29,339 nucleotides of DNA from a virus. Its lineage: Duplodnaviria; Heunggongvirae; Uroviricota; Caudoviricetes. Positions 26,264 to 29,339 of the stretch are shown one piece after another (position 1 is the stretch's first letter; the number at the start of each line of letters is the position of its first letter). A model generated the notes under the pieces. The model was not told the DNA's origin and searched no databases. It saw only the letters and a program-made list of their open reading frames with translations. Location: positions 1-29,339 of the IMG/VR virus record IMGVR_UViG_2558860274_000008. One strand, given 5' to 3'. A program made the translations under genes and the position numbers.

Positions 26264-27360
26264 ATTTCAGCTCTGAACTGCTTAACAAAGGCAACAAAAC
26301 TCCCGCATTCAGCATCAGTATTGAGGGCAGGGATATCACCACTGTGCTGGATAACCGCCTGATGAGTTTGACTCTGACGGACAATCGGGGCTTTGAAGCG
26401 GACCAGCTTGATCTGGAGCTGGACGACGCCGACGGAAAAATCGTGCTGCCGCGCCGTGGTGCGGTCATTACGCTGGCGCTGGGCTGGAAGGGGCAGCCGC
26501 TTTTCCCTAAAGGGGCATTCACGGTGGACGAGATTGAACACACTGGCGCACCGGACCGCCTGACTATCCGGGCGCGAAGTGCTGATTTTCGGGAAACGCT
26601 GAATACCCGTCGTGAAAAGTCGTGGCACAAGACCACCGTCGGGGAAGTGGTGAAGGAAATAGCCGCGCGGCACAAGCTGAAGATGGCACTGGGTAAAGAC
26701 CTGTCGGATAAGCCCGTGGAACATATAGACCAGACCAATGAGAGTGACGGCAGTTTTCTGATGCGGCTGGCGCGCCAGTACGGTGCTATTGCGTCGGTGA
26801 AAAACGGCAATCTGTTATTCATCCGGCAGGGACAGGGCAAAAGCGCCAGCGGTAAACCTCTGCCGGTGATCACTATCACACGCAAGGACGGCGACAGTCA
26901 CCGCTTTACCCTGGCAGATCGCGGAGCCTATACGGGCGTAATTGCCAGTTGGTTGCATACCCGCGAACCCGCGAAGAAAGAAAGCACCACGGTGAAGCGT
27001 AAGTGCAGGACAGCAAAGCAGAAGAAAGAGCCGGAAGCGAAGCAGGGCGATTACCTGGTGGGTACGGATGAAAACGTGCTGGTACTTAATCGCACTTATG
27101 CCAACCGGAGCAACGCTGAACGGGCAGCGAAAATGCAGTGGGAACGCCTGCAACGCGGCGTTGCGTCATTCTCGCTACAACTGGCGGAAGGTCGGGCAGA
27201 TCTCTACACGGAAATGCCAGTGAAAGTCAGTGGCTTTAAACAGCCGATAGATGATGCGGAATGGACCATTACGACTCTGACACATACCGTCAGCCCGGAT
27301 AACGGTTTTACAACCAGTATTGAACTCGAAGTGAAGATTGATGATCTTGAAATGGAATGA
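26260..27360 (+). CDS. D: P2 gpD-like tail protein (late control gene D)
   Basis: 366-aa ORF overlapping the U stop. Gene order U-D-ogr. Confidence 0.9.
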   Translation: MNFSSELLNKGNKTPAFSISIEGRDITTVLDNRLMSLTLTDNRGFEADQLDLELDDADGKIVLPRRGAVITLALGWKGQPLFPKGAFTVDEIEHTGAPDRLTIRARSADFRETLNTRREKSWHKTTVGEVVKEIAARHKLKMALGKDLSDKPVEHIDQTNESDGSFLMRLARQYGAIASVKNGNLLFIRQGQGKSASGKPLPVITITRKDGDSHRFTLADRGAYTGVIASWLHTREPAKKESTTVKRKCRTAKQKKEPEAKQGDYLVGTDENVLVLNRTYANRSNAERAAKMQWERLQRGVASFSLQLAEGRADLYTEMPVKVSGFKQPIDDAEWTITTLTHTVSPDNGFTTSIELEVKIDDLEME

Positions 27361-27428
27361 ATTGTTCTCAATATTGATATTTTGTGTATCATTACAATGA
27401 TTCTGATAGCAAAGGTAGGGATCTGGAT

Positions 27429-27647
27429 ATGATGAATTGTCCGAAGTGTGGTCATGCGGCGCACACAAGGAGCAGTTTTCAAGTAACAGAAAGCACCAAA
27501 GAGCGTTACTGCCAGTGCCAAAATATTAACTGCGGGAGCACTTTTGTTACCCATGAAACAGTGGTCCGGTTTATTGTGACACCTGCATTGATTGCTACAG
27601 CCCCTCCACATCCATTGCCAGGTGGTCAGGGGCATATGAATTTTTGA
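27429..27647 (+). CDS. ogr: Ogr-type late transcription activator (zinc finger)
   Basis: 72-aa product from the internal Met (MMNCPKCGHAAHTRSS...ERYCQCQNINCGSTF...PHPLPGGQ) with a C-x2-C...C-x4-C pattern and P2 Ogr length. Confidence 0.9.
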   Translation: MMNCPKCGHAAHTRSSFQVTESTKERYCQCQNINCGSTFVTHETVVRFIVTPALIATAPPHPLPGGQGHMNF

Positions 27648-27652
27648 GAAAG

Positions 27653-27678
27653 AGAACCTGCTACGGCAGGTTTTTATT
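27653..27678. terminator. Bidirectional terminator hairpin between convergent ogr and the WYL/BRCT-like gene
   Basis: AACCTGC-tacg-GCAGGTT followed by TTTTTATT. Confidence 0.65.
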
Positions 27679-28156
27679 CATCTGGGATCTCACCCGTTTC
27701 AAGAAAATGTATAAAGCCAGGCTCATCTATGATGATTGTGCCTTTCATCCTGGCTGCCGATACTTTTGATGGGCCTGCATTGTAACCGCAACAGAGCATC
27801 TGAAGGCTTTGGGTTACAGAGGTTCTTACCGTTAATCCTTGTTCATTCGCCTTATCAACCAATCTTTCTTTATCTGCTTTCTTAAATCCGGTGAAGCACA
27901 CATCGAATGTATTTTTTTTCGGACCAGACTGCTTAGTGAGATGTGAGTAGTTTTCGGGGAGGAATGACGCGCATTCCTGAATGGCTTGTTCTGGTGAATC
28001 GTACTGTTTAAGAATGCGGTCTTTTCGGAAGGTTTTTATTCGATCGGTGTTCTTACAAATGCCCTGTATATGATTTTCGCTATAACTGATGCTCTGTATT
28101 GAGTGAACACCGATACGACCATTTGCATTGATGTAAACAAAGTGAAGTTCTTCCAT
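27674..28156 (-). CDS. Hypothetical protein with a WYL-like N-terminal region and BRCT-like C-terminal region; cargo between ogr and ssrA
   Basis: 160-aa ORF with AGAGG SD. N-terminal ..RIKTFRKDRI.. resembles the WYL-domain R.FR.DRI signature. C-terminal DVCFTGF....ERL...A...G..V...V......L..G...G.SK...A.....IIDE..F resembles a BRCT fold pattern. Confidence 0.55.
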   Translation of the reverse strand: MEELHFVYINANGRIGVHSIQSISYSENHIQGICKNTDRIKTFRKDRILKQYDSPEQAIQECASFLPENYSHLTKQSGPKKNTFDVCFTGFKKADKERLVDKANEQGLTVRTSVTQSLQMLCCGYNAGPSKVSAARMKGTIIIDEPGFIHFLETGEIPDE

Positions 28157-28182
28157 GTGAAACCTCTTTGCATGATTTCAAG

Positions 28183-28221
28183 ATGGCGACAGGCAAGATG
28201 GACGCAAAAGTCTGTCGCCAT
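28183..28221. promoter_or_regulatory. Perfect 10-bp inverted repeat upstream of the WYL/BRCT-like gene
   Basis: ATGGCGACAG (28183-28192) and CTGTCGCCAT (28212-28221), 19-bp spacer, between the ssrA terminator and the gene start. Confidence 0.5.
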
Positions 28222-28236
28222 TTTGCCGCCACTATC

Positions 28237-28270
28237 AAAGAAAAAGGGGCTACGCTTTCACGTAACCCCT
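28237..28270 (-). terminator. Rho-independent terminator of ssrA (minus strand)
   Basis: AGGGGTTACGTGAAAGCGTAGCCCCT followed by TTTTTCTTT on the minus strand, immediately 3' of the tmRNA CCA end. Confidence 0.7.
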
Positions 28271-28279
28271 TGATTTATT

Positions 28280-28642
28280 TGGTGGAGCTGGCGGGAGTTG
28301 AACCCGCGTCCGAAATTCCTACATCCTCGGTACTACATGCTTAGTCAGTCTTTACATTCGCTTGCCAGCTGCGGACGGACACGCCACTAACAAACTAGCC
28401 TGATTAAGTTTTAACGCTTCAACCCCAGGCAGGGCTTCCACGCGATCTCTTTTGGGTTTGACCTCTCTTGATCCCCGTCCTAAGAGCGGAGGCTAGGGAG
28501 AGAGGGCTCTAAGCAGGTTATTAAGCTGCTAAAGCGTAGTTTTCGTCGTTTGCGACTATTTTTTGCGGCTTTTTACGAGGCCAACCGCCCCTCGGCATGC
28601 ACCTTGGGTTTCGCAAATCCCGTCGAATCCAGAATCAGCCCC
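28280..28642 (-). ncRNA. ssrA: tmRNA (SsrA), 363 nt
   Basis: Reverse complement reads GGGGCTGATTCTGGATTCGACGGG...GCAAACGACGAAAACTACGCTTTAGCAGCTTAA (ANDENYALAA tag)...GGTTCAACTCCCGCCAGCTCCACCA, matching enterobacterial ssrA as I recall it. Confidence 0.95.
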
Positions 28643-28856
28643 AATGTGTAATGCTAAGTATACCAGATTTTTAAGCGCAATGACTAGCCCCAAAGGCGTT
28701 ACCATCCGGGAATTAGCGTCTGCATAGTATGATTTTTCTTCGATTAAGCAATGGGATGGCTACATCTGTGTCAGATTTGATAGTCGACAAGATGCTCATT
28801 CGCGCCACCGGATAGGGAGGCGCGGTGAGAATTTGATTAGTGCCACTTATGTAGAT

Positions 28857-29339
28857 TTAACGATGGGCGTTCTTCATGATACGCGCTTTATCCACCTGCC
28901 ATTCGCGCTCTTTGATATCAGAACGTTTATCGTGTTGTTTCTTACCTTTGGCGACGCCGATTTTTACTTTGCACCAGGCATTTTTCCAGTACAAGGAGAG
29001 CGCCACTACGGTATAGCCTTCGCGGTTTACGCGACCATAGAGAGAATCCAGTTCACGCTGGTTGAGAAGTAATTTGCGGGTACGAGTTGGATCGCACACT
29101 ACATGTGTGGAAGCCACAGCCATTGGCGTAATGTTAGCGCCAAACAGGAATGCTTCACCGTCGCGCAGAAGGACATAGCTGTCGCTAATATTGGCTTTTC
29201 CTGCGCGCAGGGATTTAACTTCCCAGCCTTGCAGGGCAAGTCCCGCTTCGAATTCTTCTTCGATAAAGTATTCGTGACGGGCGCGCTTGTTAAGCGCGAT
29301 GGTCGCTGAACCAGGTTTATGTGCTTTTTTCTTCGTCAT
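28857..29339 (-). CDS. smpB: SsrA-binding protein SmpB
   Basis: 160-aa ORF ([48 protein letters not shown]...) upstream of ssrA on the same strand. Start codon is at the window edge. Confidence 0.93.

Larger units (their letters stand above)
22288..28279. mobile_element. P2-like prophage remnant integrated at ssrA (int, cI, cox-like, U, D, ogr plus two cargo genes)
   Basis: Bounded by the 45-bp ssrA repeat. Retains only the two ends of a P2-type genome, consistent with a large internal deletion. Confidence 0.8.

Noticed and set aside
27384-27428. Upstream extension of ogr (MYHYNDSDSKGRDLD...)
   Set aside because: Ogr-family proteins begin at the Met preceding CPxCG. The extension would add 15 residues that are not part of the zinc-finger domain.
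25395-27635. Minus-strand ORFs overlapping cox/U/D/ogr (25395-25670, 25760-26188, 25843-26040, 26044-26724, 26232-26885, 26815-27153, 27175-27468, 27204-27635)
   Set aside because: Antisense shadow ORFs across recognisable P2 tail and regulatory genes.
28833-29309. Plus-strand ORFs 28833-29072 and 29103-29309 within smpB
   Set aside because: Antisense to the clearly recognisable smpB gene.

Overview
This window looks like an Escherichia-type smpB-ssrA (tmRNA) locus (minus strand, right edge) followed by three tandem integrated elements, each bounded by a copy of the ssrA 3' end. (1) Next to ssrA, 22288-28279: a P2-like prophage remnant (int, cI-type repressor, cox-like/tail fusion ORF, U, D, ogr) carrying two AT-rich cargo genes, a 395-aa RES-domain-like protein beside int and a WYL-like/BRCT-like protein between ogr and ssrA. 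(2) 17702-22242: a P4-like satellite remnant (crr-like iterons, alpha and delta fragments, psu, cos, P4-type integrase) with a 293-aa membrane protein and a small ORF in the psu/cos-to-int slot. (3) From 17679 leftwards: an older island with a P4-type integrase, a translationally coupled operon of a large serine recombinase plus two paralogous ParB-like proteins, an AT-rich gene-poor stretch, an IS3-type transposase remnant, a complete Type I restriction-modification operon (hsdM-hsdS-hsdR), and an IS1 copy interrupted by two different IS66-family elements. The best candidates for an undescribed system are the recombinase/ParB/ParB operon and the orphan cargo genes in the P2 and P4 slots. All calls come from reading the sequence and ORF translations against remembered family signatures; no database search was run.
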